Below, piece after piece: positions 30,668-40,933 of a DNA stretch of 64,000 bases. A program made the translations under genes and the position numbers. The stretch comes from Kiritimatiellia bacterium (lineage in GTDB: Bacteria; Verrucomicrobiota; Kiritimatiellia; SS1-B-03-39; UBA6053): contig JAGYLC010000001.1 of assembly GCA_018401235.1 (NCBI GenBank), positions 7,601 through 71,600 on the forward strand, in the 5' to 3' direction. Within the stretch, counting starts at the first letter, position 1. Each line of letters begins with the position of its first letter. The notes under the pieces were generated by a model. That model saw only the letters and a program-made list of their open reading frames with translations. It did not search any database and was not told where the DNA came from.

Positions 30668-31357
30668 CTATTGAAACACCGAATTAATCATCAGCGCCAG
30701 GAAATTGTAGGCTCCGTGCAGAACCACGGCGGTGATGAGCAGGGGGGCACCGGTTTCGAGTTTGGGTGGATTTCCGGTGCGGTCCGATTCACTCCAGATC
30801 TTGGCCACTCCCCAGCCGGCAATGAAACTGCATCCGGTGTGGAGGGCCACGCATACCGTCCAACGCCACCACACCAGGGCGGCGGAGGGATTGGGGATAT
30901 ATACCTTCAGATAGAGAACGTTTTCGATGACAGAAAAAACCAATCCAGAGGCGACGGCGCAGAAGAGGATCTGGCTGCGGGTGGAAAACCGGGCCGGGTT
31001 GCGTTCCACCACCATAAGCGGGCCCATGATTTTTCCGATTTCCTCGATCAGAGGTCCGGCCACCACCAGCAGCAGGAACCCTGCACCCGGGCCCTGGGTG
31101 AACAGGGCGGAGAGCACGGCGAGGGGGCCGGCGATCAGGGCCAGCAACAGGGTAAGACGCCAGGATTGGAACAGGGTGGTGCGGGCCTTTTGTGCGGCAT
31201 ACCAGTCCGCATACGGACGCGGATTCCCCTCCGCCTGCTGGGAAGGCTCCATCCACACGGAATCGACCGGAGCCTCCCTGTCGCCGCGGGCCGGGATCTG
31301 TTGCAGGTGGGGTTCGTTAAATACAGAATCGCCCGAAGTCTTTCGGGGGGATTTCAT
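30668..31357 (-). CDS. PrsW-family intramembrane glutamic protease
   Basis: GPLIEEIGK, FSVIEN, LH..S, LHGAYN. Confidence 0.8.
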   Translation of the reverse strand: MKSPRKTSGDSVFNEPHLQQIPARGDREAPVDSVWMEPSQQAEGNPRPYADWYAAQKARTTLFQSWRLTLLLALIAGPLAVLSALFTQGPGAGFLLLVVAGPLIEEIGKIMGPLMVVERNPARFSTRSQILFCAVASGLVFSVIENVLYLKVYIPNPSAALVWWRWTVCVALHTGCSFIAGWGVAKIWSESDRTGNPPKLETGAPLLITAVVLHGAYNFLALMINSVFQ

Positions 31358-31857
31358 ACCGCAATCGGATCCTGGGCGTCCTGCTTTGAACAATATCCGG
31401 TGCCGTAAGCGAGAATAGTGACCATCGAGGCCTTTTTCGTCCTATTTGCATTGCCGGAGATGTCCACGAACTCCACCCGCAAATTGGCTACGGCGTTCAT
31501 CCCTGCGGCGTGGGCTAGTTCGATGATCTGCAAAATGGCTTCACGACGGGCGCGGTCGAGGGTTTTCTGATAGCTGATAACCTCTCCGCCAAAGATATTT
31601 TTCAGCTTACCCAGAAAGCCGCGGAAATGATCGATGCCCAGGGTGACTTCGGCGCAAAGCAATTCGGGAGGGGGGCTTCCGGTGTGGGGATGAATGTAGC
31701 GCTTGAGGTCGGTGTAGCGAATGTGGGCGACGACCTGCTGGCGGTCCTCCATGCGTTTATTATGTTTCTTGGCGATGGAATTCCCGGCAAAAAACGCCAC
31801 GGCCAACAATATGATCGGGCCACCAAAATAGAGTAGTACGATGAGAAGCTCTCCCAT
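31354..31857 (-). CDS. YbjQ/UPF0145-family protein with N-terminal TM helix
   Basis: LKNIFGGE, ARREA, AYGT. Confidence 0.75.
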   Translation of the reverse strand: MGELLIVLLYFGGPIILLAVAFFAGNSIAKKHNKRMEDRQQVVAHIRYTDLKRYIHPHTGSPPPELLCAEVTLGIDHFRGFLGKLKNIFGGEVISYQKTLDRARREAILQIIELAHAAGMNAVANLRVEFVDISGNANRTKKASMVTILAYGTGYCSKQDAQDPIAV

Positions 31858-31866
31858 GATCGTTCC

Positions 31867-32244
31867 TTAGGAAACCGGGAGAGGAGGGGGGATGCCTTCC
31901 ACTGCCGCTTTGGGTTGCGCGGATCCGCTGGAGGAGAGTTTGACCGCGGTGCCGTACACGTAGAGTTCGGCGGCACCCTGGGTGATGGCGCTGGTGCTGA
32001 AGCGGACGTTGATTACGGCATCCGCTCCCAGTTCCCCTGCCTGGGCGATCATACGGGCACTGGCGTCCCGACGGGCCTCGGTCAGGAGTTCCGTATATCC
32101 TTTCAGTTCACCGCCCACGATGTTTTTAAAGCTGGCGGCGATGTCGCGTCCCATATGTTTGGCACGCACGACGTTTCCCTGTACGATGCCGAGCGACTGG
32201 ACGATCTCGTATCCGGGGAGGGTTTCGGTATTGACAACAATCAT
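31867..32244 (-). CDS. YbjQ/UPF0145-family protein
   Basis: KNIVGGELKGYTELL, GADAVINVRF, YGTAVK. Confidence 0.85.
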   Translation of the reverse strand: MIVVNTETLPGYEIVQSLGIVQGNVVRAKHMGRDIAASFKNIVGGELKGYTELLTEARRDASARMIAQAGELGADAVINVRFSTSAITQGAAELYVYGTAVKLSSSGSAQPKAAVEGIPPPLPVS

Positions 32245-32509
32245 ATGGGTTCCTGAGGGTTGAGGTTACGTTCTGTGTGGGTGGCATCATCGCTTGAGTT
32301 TGTCATGTGGGGGTATGTGAGGATTAGATTGGTGACTGTTCCTTTCATATCTGACGGAAATGTCCAGTCGAACCCTACGGAGTTCACATATTGTTTTTCG
32401 AAACTACCGACGCGACTTTGATTCGAAATTTATACTAAACCTACGCTGAACAACGAATATCCCTTAGTCCTGGATTGATCAATCGGAGAAATGAGATAGG
32501 GAATCGATT

Positions 32510-33373
32510 ATGAATGCACCTCCGGTAGCGCTTGAGAGTACGGTTATCACCCACGGTCTGCCGCGGCCGGTGAACCTGGATATTGCCCGGGAGATGATGT
32601 CGGCGGTGCGGGATGGGGGCGGGGATCCCCGGATGATCGCGATTATCAATGGGCGGCCGCGCTCGGGATTTGCGGACGAGGTACTGATGGAGCTTGCGGC
32701 CCGGGAGGATGTTCGTAAGTGCAGTCTGCGGGATTTGCCGTTGGTGGGAAAATTCGGTGATTGGGGCGGCACCACGGTGTCGGCCACGCTGCATCTGGCG
32801 TTGAGGGCGGAGATTCAGGTGTTCGCAACCGGTGGAATCGGCGGGGTGCATCGGGGAAATCCAGCGGATGTGAGCGCGGATTTGCCTGCGTTGGCCCGGA
32901 TGCCGGGAACGGTGGTGTGCGCGGGAGCCAAATCAATTTTGGATCTCCCGCGAACCCGGGAACGGCTGGAAACAGACGGAGTGACGGTGTTGGGATGGAA
33001 AACAAAGGAGTTTCCTGCCTTTTACTCACGGTCAAGCGGACTACCGGTGGATCAACAGGTCCATTCGGCCGTCGAGGTTGCCGAAATCATGCAGCAACGG
33101 GATACCTTGCGACTGCAACAGGCGATTCTGGTGACGGTTCCGTGTCCGGAGGAGGCTGCAATACCTTCGGCCGAAATTGAAGCGGAACTTATGGAGGCGG
33201 AGGCTTTCGCACTGGAGCAGGGGATCACGGGCAACGAACTCACACCTTACCTTCTCAATCGTCTGGCTGAACGTACGCAGGGTCGCAGTTTGGTGGCAAA
33301 TCGGGCACTGCTTATTCAAAACGCCCGGGTCGCCGCTGAAATCGCGGTGGCTTTTTCTACCCTTCAGGCGTAA
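32510..33373 (+). CDS. psuG: Pseudouridine-5'-phosphate glycosidase
   Basis: VALESTVITHG, TTVSAT, FATGGIGGVHR, AGAKSILD. Confidence 0.9.
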   Translation: MNAPPVALESTVITHGLPRPVNLDIAREMMSAVRDGGGDPRMIAIINGRPRSGFADEVLMELAAREDVRKCSLRDLPLVGKFGDWGGTTVSATLHLALRAEIQVFATGGIGGVHRGNPADVSADLPALARMPGTVVCAGAKSILDLPRTRERLETDGVTVLGWKTKEFPAFYSRSSGLPVDQQVHSAVEVAEIMQQRDTLRLQQAILVTVPCPEEAAIPSAEIEAELMEAEAFALEQGITGNELTPYLLNRLAERTQGRSLVANRALLIQNARVAAEIAVAFSTLQA

Positions 33374-33404
33374 TCTTTTACCCACAACCCCGTCTCATGA
33401 GCAT

Positions 33405-35579
33405 ATGAAAACACATTATCTAGTTTTGACCTTATGGTCTCTTTTTTTTCTGGGGTCGGTCCATAGCCAATCCTTCACACCTGCCTTTCAATCTGCCGGG
33501 CAGACAAATTTTGAAGCCGAAGCCGAACCGGAAACCTCCGTTGATCTGATTTCCGAGTTCACAGAATTCGTGCCGGGCGATCAGGTGATGCTGGGGGTGG
33601 TGATGACGATGAAGCCGCATTGGCACAGTTATTGGATCAATCCGGGTGATTCCGGTATGCCCACCGCTGTGAACTGGGATCTACCGGAAGGATTTGAGGT
33701 AGGAGAGCTTCACTGGCCCACCCCGGAATATTTTTTAGTAGAAGGGTTGGTCAGTTATGGCTATGAGGGGGAATTCACCTTGCTGGTGGCCCTGCAAACT
33801 CCGGCTGATTTCCCGGTGGGTGAGGTGGTGGACATTGGGGGAGATGTGACCTGGCTGGAATGCAAGGATGTGTGTTTGCCGGGGAGCGGGAAGGTGTCGA
33901 TTCAGCTACATTCGGCGGAGAATGCCGGGGAAGTGAATACTCGCATTGTGCAGGCGGCAGATCAGATGCCTCGCGATGTGGAGTGGCCGGTATCCAGCGA
34001 ATCCACGGGAAGCGAAGTCACACTTCGGATTCACGTTCCGGAAGATGCCGGAAATTTTGTCCAATTTTTCCCCTTCGAAGAGGGCGTTTGGGAGTTAGAG
34101 CCCGAACCGGTGCTTGTACGGGATGGAACCACGCTTGAGATCCGTTTGCGGCAGTCAGCCACGGCCCGGGGAACTCCGAATCCCCCCGCCGGGGTGCTGT
34201 TGGATGAAGAGGGGCGGGGAGTGGAGATCCGTCCGATGGAGACACAAACGTCGGCGGCGGATCCGATGGTGGATGAGGAAAAAACCAGAGGGATTTTTTA
34301 TTACCTGGGCTTCGCCTTTCTGGCGGGGATTGGTATGAATCTGCTTCCTTGCATTTTCCCGGTGTTGGGACTGAAGATATCGGGATTTATCGAACAAGCG
34401 CACGGGGATCAGGCCTCGGTACGCAAACACGCTCTGGTATTCGGGGCGGGGGTGGTGATTTCCCTCTGGTTTCTTGGCGCGATCGTGGGCATTTTGGGAG
34501 CCGCATGGGGGGCGCAGTTTCAGGATCCACGAGTAGTGATCGGGATGCTCCTGATCCTGACCTTTTTCACCATGAACTTATTCGGGGTGTTTGAAATGGG
34601 AAACTCGCTGACCACGGTTGGAGGCGAACTGAGTCGGAAACAAGGCTATGCTGGCTCCTTTTTCCAGGGTGTCCTGCTCACAGTGATTGGTACGCCCTGT
34701 ACGGGACCGGTGTTGGCGGTGGTGATCGTGTGGATGTTTACCCAGCCGCTCTGGATCGGGTTTCTGGCTTTTACCCTGATGGGGGTGGGGATGGCGCTCC
34801 CCTACGTGGCGCTGGCATTCAGTCCCAAACTTATCGAAAAGCTCCCCCGTCCGGGGAACTGGATGATCACCTTCAAGCGGGCCTCGGCCTTTATGATTGT
34901 GCTGTTTCTCTGGGTGCTGCTGTATGTGTTGCGGGGCCAACTATCCGGGGAGGCCACAGTTCAGGTGGTGGGAGCTATGCTGCTGGTCTGTTTTGCGGCC
35001 TGGGTCCTCGGCACCTGGGCAGCACCCGGTCGTCCAAAATGCACCGAAACCCTGGCAAAGGTGATCTGCGCAGTGCTGTTGGTGCTATCCGGGTACCTCG
35101 CTTTCAGTTATCATGAACCCGTTGCGGAGCGAACGGAGGCCTTGAATGCACGGATCGAGGTTGGCGACCCTATCCACTGGTCGGATGTGACCCCGGAACT
35201 GGCGGAGCGATTGATTGAGGAGGATGTGCCCGTCCATTACCGCCCCTATTCGCCGGAATTGGTGGAGGAACTGCGTGAACAGGGACGCCGCGTATTCGTC
35301 GACTTTACCGCGGACTGGTGCACGATTTGTAAAATCAACAAATTCAACGCCCTGCACAAAGAGGAGGTTATGAAGGCCTTTGAGGAGCACAACGTAGTGA
35401 CCCTACGAGCGGATTGGACCGCACGCGACGCAGTGATCGCGGAGGTGCTGGCCGATTACGGACGTCGCGGTGTTCCCGTTTATCAACTATTCGACGCGAC
35501 TCCCGGCACCCGGGCGACCCTGCTTCCCGAAAAATTGTATCCTGACACCATCTATGAGGCGCTTGACAAGTTACCGTAG
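33405..35579 (+). CDS. dsbD: DsbD-family thiol:disulfide interchange protein
   Basis: WHSYWINPGDSG, C..VC, NLLPCIFPV, TPCTGP, DFTADWCTIC. Confidence 0.85.
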   Translation: MKTHYLVLTLWSLFFLGSVHSQSFTPAFQSAGQTNFEAEAEPETSVDLISEFTEFVPGDQVMLGVVMTMKPHWHSYWINPGDSGMPTAVNWDLPEGFEVGELHWPTPEYFLVEGLVSYGYEGEFTLLVALQTPADFPVGEVVDIGGDVTWLECKDVCLPGSGKVSIQLHSAENAGEVNTRIVQAADQMPRDVEWPVSSESTGSEVTLRIHVPEDAGNFVQFFPFEEGVWELEPEPVLVRDGTTLEIRLRQSATARGTPNPPAGVLLDEEGRGVEIRPMETQTSAADPMVDEEKTRGIFYYLGFAFLAGIGMNLLPCIFPVLGLKISGFIEQAHGDQASVRKHALVFGAGVVISLWFLGAIVGILGAAWGAQFQDPRVVIGMLLILTFFTMNLFGVFEMGNSLTTVGGELSRKQGYAGSFFQGVLLTVIGTPCTGPVLAVVIVWMFTQPLWIGFLAFTLMGVGMALPYVALAFSPKLIEKLPRPGNWMITFKRASAFMIVLFLWVLLYVLRGQLSGEATVQVVGAMLLVCFAAWVLGTWAAPGRPKCTETLAKVICAVLLVLSGYLAFSYHEPVAERTEALNARIEVGDPIHWSDVTPELAERLIEEDVPVHYRPYSPELVEELREQGRRVFVDFTADWCTICKINKFNALHKEEVMKAFEEHNVVTLRADWTARDAVIAEVLADYGRRGVPVYQLFDATPGTRATLLPEKLYPDTIYEALDKLP

Positions 35580-35596
35580 AAGAGGGAAGATGGGGG

Positions 35597-35671
35597 GGAG
35601 AAGTTAGAAGTTAGAAGATAGGAGATGGGAGATAGGAGATGGGAGATAGGAGATGGGAGATGGGAGATAGG
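35597..35671. repeat. Heptamer tandem array (GGAGATR / AGAAGTT)
   Basis: agaagtt-agaagtt-agaagat-aggagat-gggagat... about 10 units directly after the dsbD stop. Confidence 0.85.
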
Positions 35672-35801
35672 CATTTCTGCTTGTCGCACTGGAAGGCTCT
35701 TTGAAGTGGAGCTAAATTTTTATTTTTAACAGTAATCAGAAGGGATTCAATCCACACTCCGTGGTTATTGATTTCCTTCGCAACTGAAAATGGAGAATAA
35801 C

Positions 35802-36392
35802 ATGAAGAACTGGATGAAAATGGTAAGTATAGCAGCCCTGACGGGCATGCTGGGTATGGCCCAGGCAGCGGAAGCACCCGCTTTCACTCTGACGGATACG
35901 AATGGGAACGAACATTCTTTGTCGGACTTTAAAGGTAAAGTGGTGGTGCTGGAATGGTTCAACCACGGTTGCCCCTTTGTGGTGAAACATTACACGGAAG
36001 GCCACATGCAGGCTCTGCAGCAAACCTACACGGATAAAGGGGTGGTGTGGCTGGCTATTTGTTCTTCCGCAGAAGGTAAGCAGGGCTACGAAAGCGCTGA
36101 TGGTCATAACAAAACCGCCGAAGCAAAAGGCACCAATGCCACCGCGATCCTCATGGATGCCGATGGGAAAGTTGGGAGGGCTTATGATGCCAGGACCACT
36201 CCGCATATGTACGTGATTGATACGGAAGGTCAGTTGGTCTATCAGGGAGCCATCGATGATAAACGCTCTACCAATCCGGCGGATATCGCCACTTCCAAAA
36301 ATTACGTAAAAGCTGCGCTGGACGCGGTGCTTGCGGGAGAGGAAGTTGAGGTTTCTTCCACGGTTGCCTATGGATGTACGGTGAAGTACTAA
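35802..36392 (+). CDS. Exported redoxin/thioredoxin-fold protein (AhpC/TSA-like)
   Basis: Signal peptide, VLEWFNHGCPFV, TTPHM, YQGAIDD, YGCTVKY. Confidence 0.85.
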   Translation: MKNWMKMVSIAALTGMLGMAQAAEAPAFTLTDTNGNEHSLSDFKGKVVVLEWFNHGCPFVVKHYTEGHMQALQQTYTDKGVVWLAICSSAEGKQGYESADGHNKTAEAKGTNATAILMDADGKVGRAYDARTTPHMYVIDTEGQLVYQGAIDDKRSTNPADIATSKNYVKAALDAVLAGEEVEVSSTVAYGCTVKY

Positions 36393-36524
36393 TTGGTGAA
36401 TCTGTGAATAAAAAAATGTGCTGGCCCAAATGAGAAACAGCAATCCAGCGCCCAGCCAAGCTGCGGGCACAGCCTCTTGGGCCAGCCACATTCCCTGAGG
36501 GTACTCATCGCATCTTTGGTGACG

Positions 36525-38489
36525 TCAGTAGGCAAATTTTATCAGACTTTCCGTCTCAAATACCAAGCCTTTACGAACCGTTACTCCGAGAGTTTGGTCC
36601 ATAATTCGGGCCAGTTTTTGCAAGTCCGGTACTCCCAGATCTTCAAGATCAGTTTGCAACATGGACATGGAAAACCGCATCATGCGCAGTCCCTCTTCCT
36701 GAAGTTGGCTGGTGGAATACTCCAGGCTTTCGGCATCGGGAGGTAATCGGTCGCGGAGGCTCATGAAAGAGGGGAGGGAGCGCAGTTGAAGGTTTTCGTC
36801 CGCCCGGGCCAACAGGGCGTTTTTCAATAGGTCAGGGGTCCCGATGGATATGAGAAGATACTCATCGGTAATGGCGAAACTTGCGGCCTTGTTGAAGGTA
36901 CCGCCTTGGAATGATTCCGGGACGGGATAGTGAATCGGGGTGCCCGCGACGAGTTCCGGTTCGGGGATGCCTTGAGGGTGGGTGCGGGTCATGAGGCGCT
37001 GCATGGCCTCCTCAATGGCGGTTTTATTGCGAAGTTGAAGTCCGATGAGGAAGTTTTGTCCGCCAGTTGGGTGCTGCATGCTCATTTTGACAATCGCGGA
37101 CGCATCCTGATCGTTACCGGCGTTGATTAAGGCCTGAATCACCTCCGAATCCAGACTTTGAACAAAAACCAGTCCGCTGTCGAGGTGGTCAAAAAACTGC
37201 AGTTTGAGGTCGAAACCCAACTGGGAGGTGGCCAGCATTCGGACCAGCCCCAACCCTGCGGCCGCCTGGGGTGCCAGAGTCATCAGTTCCTGTTCCAGAC
37301 GGTTCCAGCCATCGCCGATATGCCAGTGGGTAGTGGCGAGTTGATAAAAATCACGATGCAAAAAAGCGGGGATCGGGGCGGGGGCGGAGTTGGGATCGAT
37401 CAGGATACGGGAGAGGGCGGTTTCCCGTTTAAATCCCATTCGGCTTCTTTGCGAGAAGCCGTCCGCTTCCAGGTGAATGCTGGTGCTAAAGGGTATCACC
37501 GCATCCAGGGCCAGCCAGGTAAGGATCGCTTCCGCTTGGGGGAGCCCCATGGGCGGGGGGGAGGCGTTCTCGGGCAGTGACGTACGGACCAGAGAATCGA
37601 TGGGGGCGGGATTCAGGAAGAAAAACGCGTCCGCCTCACCGACAAAGGCTGTCGCTTCCTGAAAGTCGGGTTCTGCCGAAAGCGGATTTTCCGGGGGTTG
37701 ATCCAGATGGCGAAGGTGTTTGCGGAGGGTGTGTTCGTTGAGAGTGATGATCCCGGTGTCCTGATGCAGAGCCCAGTAAAGACCGTGGCGATTTTCGGAC
37801 AGAGCCGGGGTCAGCGCGTAGAGGGTGATATCTTGCCAGTCTACTTGTTGCAGTTCCAATCGACTGACGGTTTGTTCCCGTAGAAGATTGCTGAACAGGG
37901 TTTCCAATTTTGTCGCAAGTCCCGCACTGTTCTTCACCTGAAACCATAGACTGAATTGTGACAGGATACTGTTCAACTCCGCCGAATCTAATTGGGCCTC
38001 CTGTGTGAGACGCAGCTGATTCTCTGTTTCACCTTCGGCCAGATCGGAGGCGTGGTCCAGTTCGTGAAGCTTGGCGCGCAGGAGTTTATTTTTCTGAAAG
38101 GTCTCCGAGACAGATTTGAAATTTCCCATGGCAAAGGCCATATCCCCGCCGAGGTGGGTTGTGATATCCCGCCAATTATCCTCAATCCGGGTCAGGAACC
38201 TCCTCATTTCTTCCGCAGAGGGGCCCGGTTCCCCCGCGTTCTGATTGGGGGTCTCCAGGTTGGCGCGTCCCAATTCGGTGAGATGGATCATGAAATTTTT
38301 CCAATCCAACTCATCCAAGGCCTTGCCGAGGGGGCTTGACGCCAGTTTTTCGCGGTATCCGGGAAGGTCCCGGCTCTCAAGATAGAGGAGGTGATCGCTT
38401 ACGAGGCGATCCGCAAAGGAATCGGCACGCCCCAGGGTGAGGGAAAGGCTTGTGCAAACGAGGAGGCAGATGACGCGATGACTCTTCAT
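36525..38489 (-). CDS. Large exported hypothetical protein (DUF3352-like)
   Basis: Signal peptide, 654 aa; repeated YLLIS..L..AL / LS..P.F pattern reminiscent of DUF3352. Confidence 0.55.
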   Translation of the reverse strand: MKSHRVICLLVCTSLSLTLGRADSFADRLVSDHLLYLESRDLPGYREKLASSPLGKALDELDWKNFMIHLTELGRANLETPNQNAGEPGPSAEEMRRFLTRIEDNWRDITTHLGGDMAFAMGNFKSVSETFQKNKLLRAKLHELDHASDLAEGETENQLRLTQEAQLDSAELNSILSQFSLWFQVKNSAGLATKLETLFSNLLREQTVSRLELQQVDWQDITLYALTPALSENRHGLYWALHQDTGIITLNEHTLRKHLRHLDQPPENPLSAEPDFQEATAFVGEADAFFFLNPAPIDSLVRTSLPENASPPPMGLPQAEAILTWLALDAVIPFSTSIHLEADGFSQRSRMGFKRETALSRILIDPNSAPAPIPAFLHRDFYQLATTHWHIGDGWNRLEQELMTLAPQAAAGLGLVRMLATSQLGFDLKLQFFDHLDSGLVFVQSLDSEVIQALINAGNDQDASAIVKMSMQHPTGGQNFLIGLQLRNKTAIEEAMQRLMTRTHPQGIPEPELVAGTPIHYPVPESFQGGTFNKAASFAITDEYLLISIGTPDLLKNALLARADENLQLRSLPSFMSLRDRLPPDAESLEYSTSQLQEEGLRMMRFSMSMLQTDLEDLGVPDLQKLARIMDQTLGVTVRKGLVFETESLIKFAY

Positions 38490-38502
38490 ATAGCCGGATG
38501 GG

Positions 38503-38721
38503 TTAGAATTCGGAGGTCTGGTTTAAATGTTCAATGATCGTGAAAGCGATGGTGGCCTGTTCGTTTCGACTGTAGTCCGACTCCAGCCGGTTCACGGCCT
38601 CGCGGATTTTTTCACCGCCGGGGCTTTCCTCCCGGTAGAGGCGTTGGGCCTGATCCAGTTGGTGCTGGTTGAAGCAATAGACGGATTTGCCGCCGGTGAG
38701 ATCGATGGGTGTAAGTGACAT
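38503..38721 (-). CDS. Small hypothetical protein
   Basis: 72-aa ORF tightly packed between iscA and the next gene. Confidence 0.55.
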   Translation of the reverse strand: MSLTPIDLTGGKSVYCFNQHQLDQAQRLYREESPGGEKIREAVNRLESDYSRNEQATIAFTIIEHLNQTSEF

Positions 38722-38727
38722 AGTGGA

Positions 38728-39051
38728 TTATCCCGCGAAGCTGGCGCCGCAGCCACAGGAGCCGCTGGCGTTGGGGTTGGTGAAGCGGAAGCCGGATCGG
38801 ATCAAGTCGTCGCTAAAGTCGATGTTCAAGCCTTCCAAAAAGATGGCGCTACCCTGATCGGTGACGATACGCAGGGCCTCGCTTTCGAAAACGGCGACAT
38901 CCTCATCTCCGAAGTCGGTGTCCACCGCAGCGGTGTAGGTCATTCCCGAGCAGCCGCCTGGAATAACATTGATGCGCAAAAATCCCCCTTCACCCAGCTC
39001 CAGATGGGAAAGTTCGTTTTGTGCGCGTTCTGTAATGTGTATTGTGGTCAT
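38728..39051 (-). CDS. iscA: Fe-S cluster A-type carrier (HesB/IscA/ErpA family)
   Basis: GGCSGMTY, NPNASGSCGCGASF. Confidence 0.88.
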   Translation of the reverse strand: MTTIHITERAQNELSHLELGEGGFLRINVIPGGCSGMTYTAAVDTDFGDEDVAVFESEALRIVTDQGSAIFLEGLNIDFSDDLIRSGFRFTNPNASGSCGCGASFAG

Positions 39052-39084
39052 AAATGGGTCTCCCTTATAATAAAAATATGTACG

Positions 39085-39113
39085 AGACTACGTCAGCACC
39101 ATCTGAATGTCAA
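39085..39113 (-). promoter_or_regulatory. sigma70 promoter of iscA operon
   Basis: Minus strand TTGACA-N17-TAGTCT; AAGGGAG RBS before the ATG. Confidence 0.6.
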
Positions 39114-39127
39114 GAACGGGTGAGGGA

Positions 39128-39297
39128 GTCCTGGGTCACCGCTTTACGGATTACTTGCATAGTCGCGTCCCGACAGTGGAACCTGATCATTCGAGTGGCT
39201 ATCAGGGGCAGACCCCGCAGATAGCCAACACGAATCAACACCATGAAGCGGGGTAGATGATTCGCGAAAGGTAAGGCCGCCCCGGACGCTCAGGGAC
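39128..39297 (+). ncRNA. Candidate rod-shaped ncRNA (6S-like)
   Basis: ~170-nt end-to-end pairing with many G-U pairs on the + strand; not matched to a family. Confidence 0.4.
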
Positions 39298-39311
39298 ATA
39301 AGTTCATGGGG

Positions 39312-39737
<426 letters not shown>

Positions 39738-39767
39738 GTTACGTTCCTTATGACGCTGGGTTGTTTA

Positions 39768-40823
39768 TTAGCGGTCAGGCTGCATGATTTCGATTGAAAC
39801 CGTGCGATTTCGTGCCTTGTCGGCCGCGTTGGTGTTTGGAAAAGGGGGATGGGTCGAGCCCGACGCGACGGGGCGAAGTTGACCGGCGGGAAGAACCCGA
39901 TTCTCATTCAGGAAGTTGATGACCTCCTGTGCACGCAAATCACTGAGGTATTCATTGCTGCGGTAGATGCTGCTGGGCCGGATGGGGTCGTTATCCGTGT
40001 GCCCAATAATCATGAGTACCGCACCGGGATTCGTCTCATGGATAAGGCGGGTCAGATTTTGCAGACGCGGTTTCTGGGCGGGATCGATGGTGACCAGTTG
40101 GCTGAATATGGGTTCGGAAAAGACTAGCCGGGGAACCCCGGACTCATCCCGCACTTCAATGCCATTGATTCCCGACAATACGCTACGCCAACGTCGAACC
40201 GATAATTTTGCGGGTCTGTTGGGAGAGGAGGGGAGGCGTTGTGCATCTACTTCAGGTGAATCCACATCGGTGGAGGCGGTCGCCGCTTCACGGGTATCGC
40301 GACTGGCGGGACTGCGCCCCTTCAATTGACCTCGGAGGGCGAGACCGCCCCAGATCAGCAGGAGAATGATGCCGGAGACGGTAAGAATTCCTTTCAAGGG
40401 GATGTCGTTTTGGCTTCGATTGAGTTCCTCCTCCAGCAAGCCTCCCATTTTTCCAGTGGGTTTATATTCCCCCATCGGCGGGACGGAAATTTTGTGTCGG
40501 GTTTCGCCCCGGACGTTAGAGGTTTCGTAGAGGGAGAGCATGGCATCGTCCTCCACCCGGTACACCCGAACCGGCACCTCGGTGAGACCGGCCTCTTTTG
40601 CGGCCTGCAGTCGTTTGAATCCCGCCACCAGTTCGTAGCCCTCCGGGCCGGGTCGGACCAGCAGCGGTTGCAGAACGCCATAGATGCGGACCGATTCCAC
40701 CAGGGACCGGGGAGCATGCAAACTTTTGGGTGCGTGGGGGGGCATGCGCAGATCCTGGATGAGCGCATGGACAATTCGTTCCCGTTGGGGACCGGATTCG
40801 GATGGTGGAAGGGTGTCAGTCAT
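39768..40823 (-). CDS. ParB-like N-domain / TM / OmpA-MotB peptidoglycan-binding domain fusion
   Basis: LVESVRIYGVLQPLLVR..YELVAGFKRLQAAKEAGLTEVPV; TM ILTVSGIILLLIWGGLAL; GHTDNDP..NEYLSDLRA..ARNRTVSI. Confidence 0.8.
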   Translation of the reverse strand: MTDTLPPSESGPQRERIVHALIQDLRMPPHAPKSLHAPRSLVESVRIYGVLQPLLVRPGPEGYELVAGFKRLQAAKEAGLTEVPVRVYRVEDDAMLSLYETSNVRGETRHKISVPPMGEYKPTGKMGGLLEEELNRSQNDIPLKGILTVSGIILLLIWGGLALRGQLKGRSPASRDTREAATASTDVDSPEVDAQRLPSSPNRPAKLSVRRWRSVLSGINGIEVRDESGVPRLVFSEPIFSQLVTIDPAQKPRLQNLTRLIHETNPGAVLMIIGHTDNDPIRPSSIYRSNEYLSDLRAQEVINFLNENRVLPAGQLRPVASGSTHPPFPNTNAADKARNRTVSIEIMQPDR

Positions 40824-40933
40824 AGTGTGCTCCCCCTATAAAACGCTTTCCTGAGCAAACTGCAATCCTACACAGAAAAAAAGATCGTGAGGTGCAGGTG
40901 CAGTGTTCCGTGGTTTATTCTTCTGCTCGTTAA

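Noticed and set aside
33177-33404. N-terminal extensions in the ORF track (dsbD, hup, Ste24, tyrA, argH)
   Set aside because: They overlap upstream genes or repeats; downstream ATGs fit the family starts better
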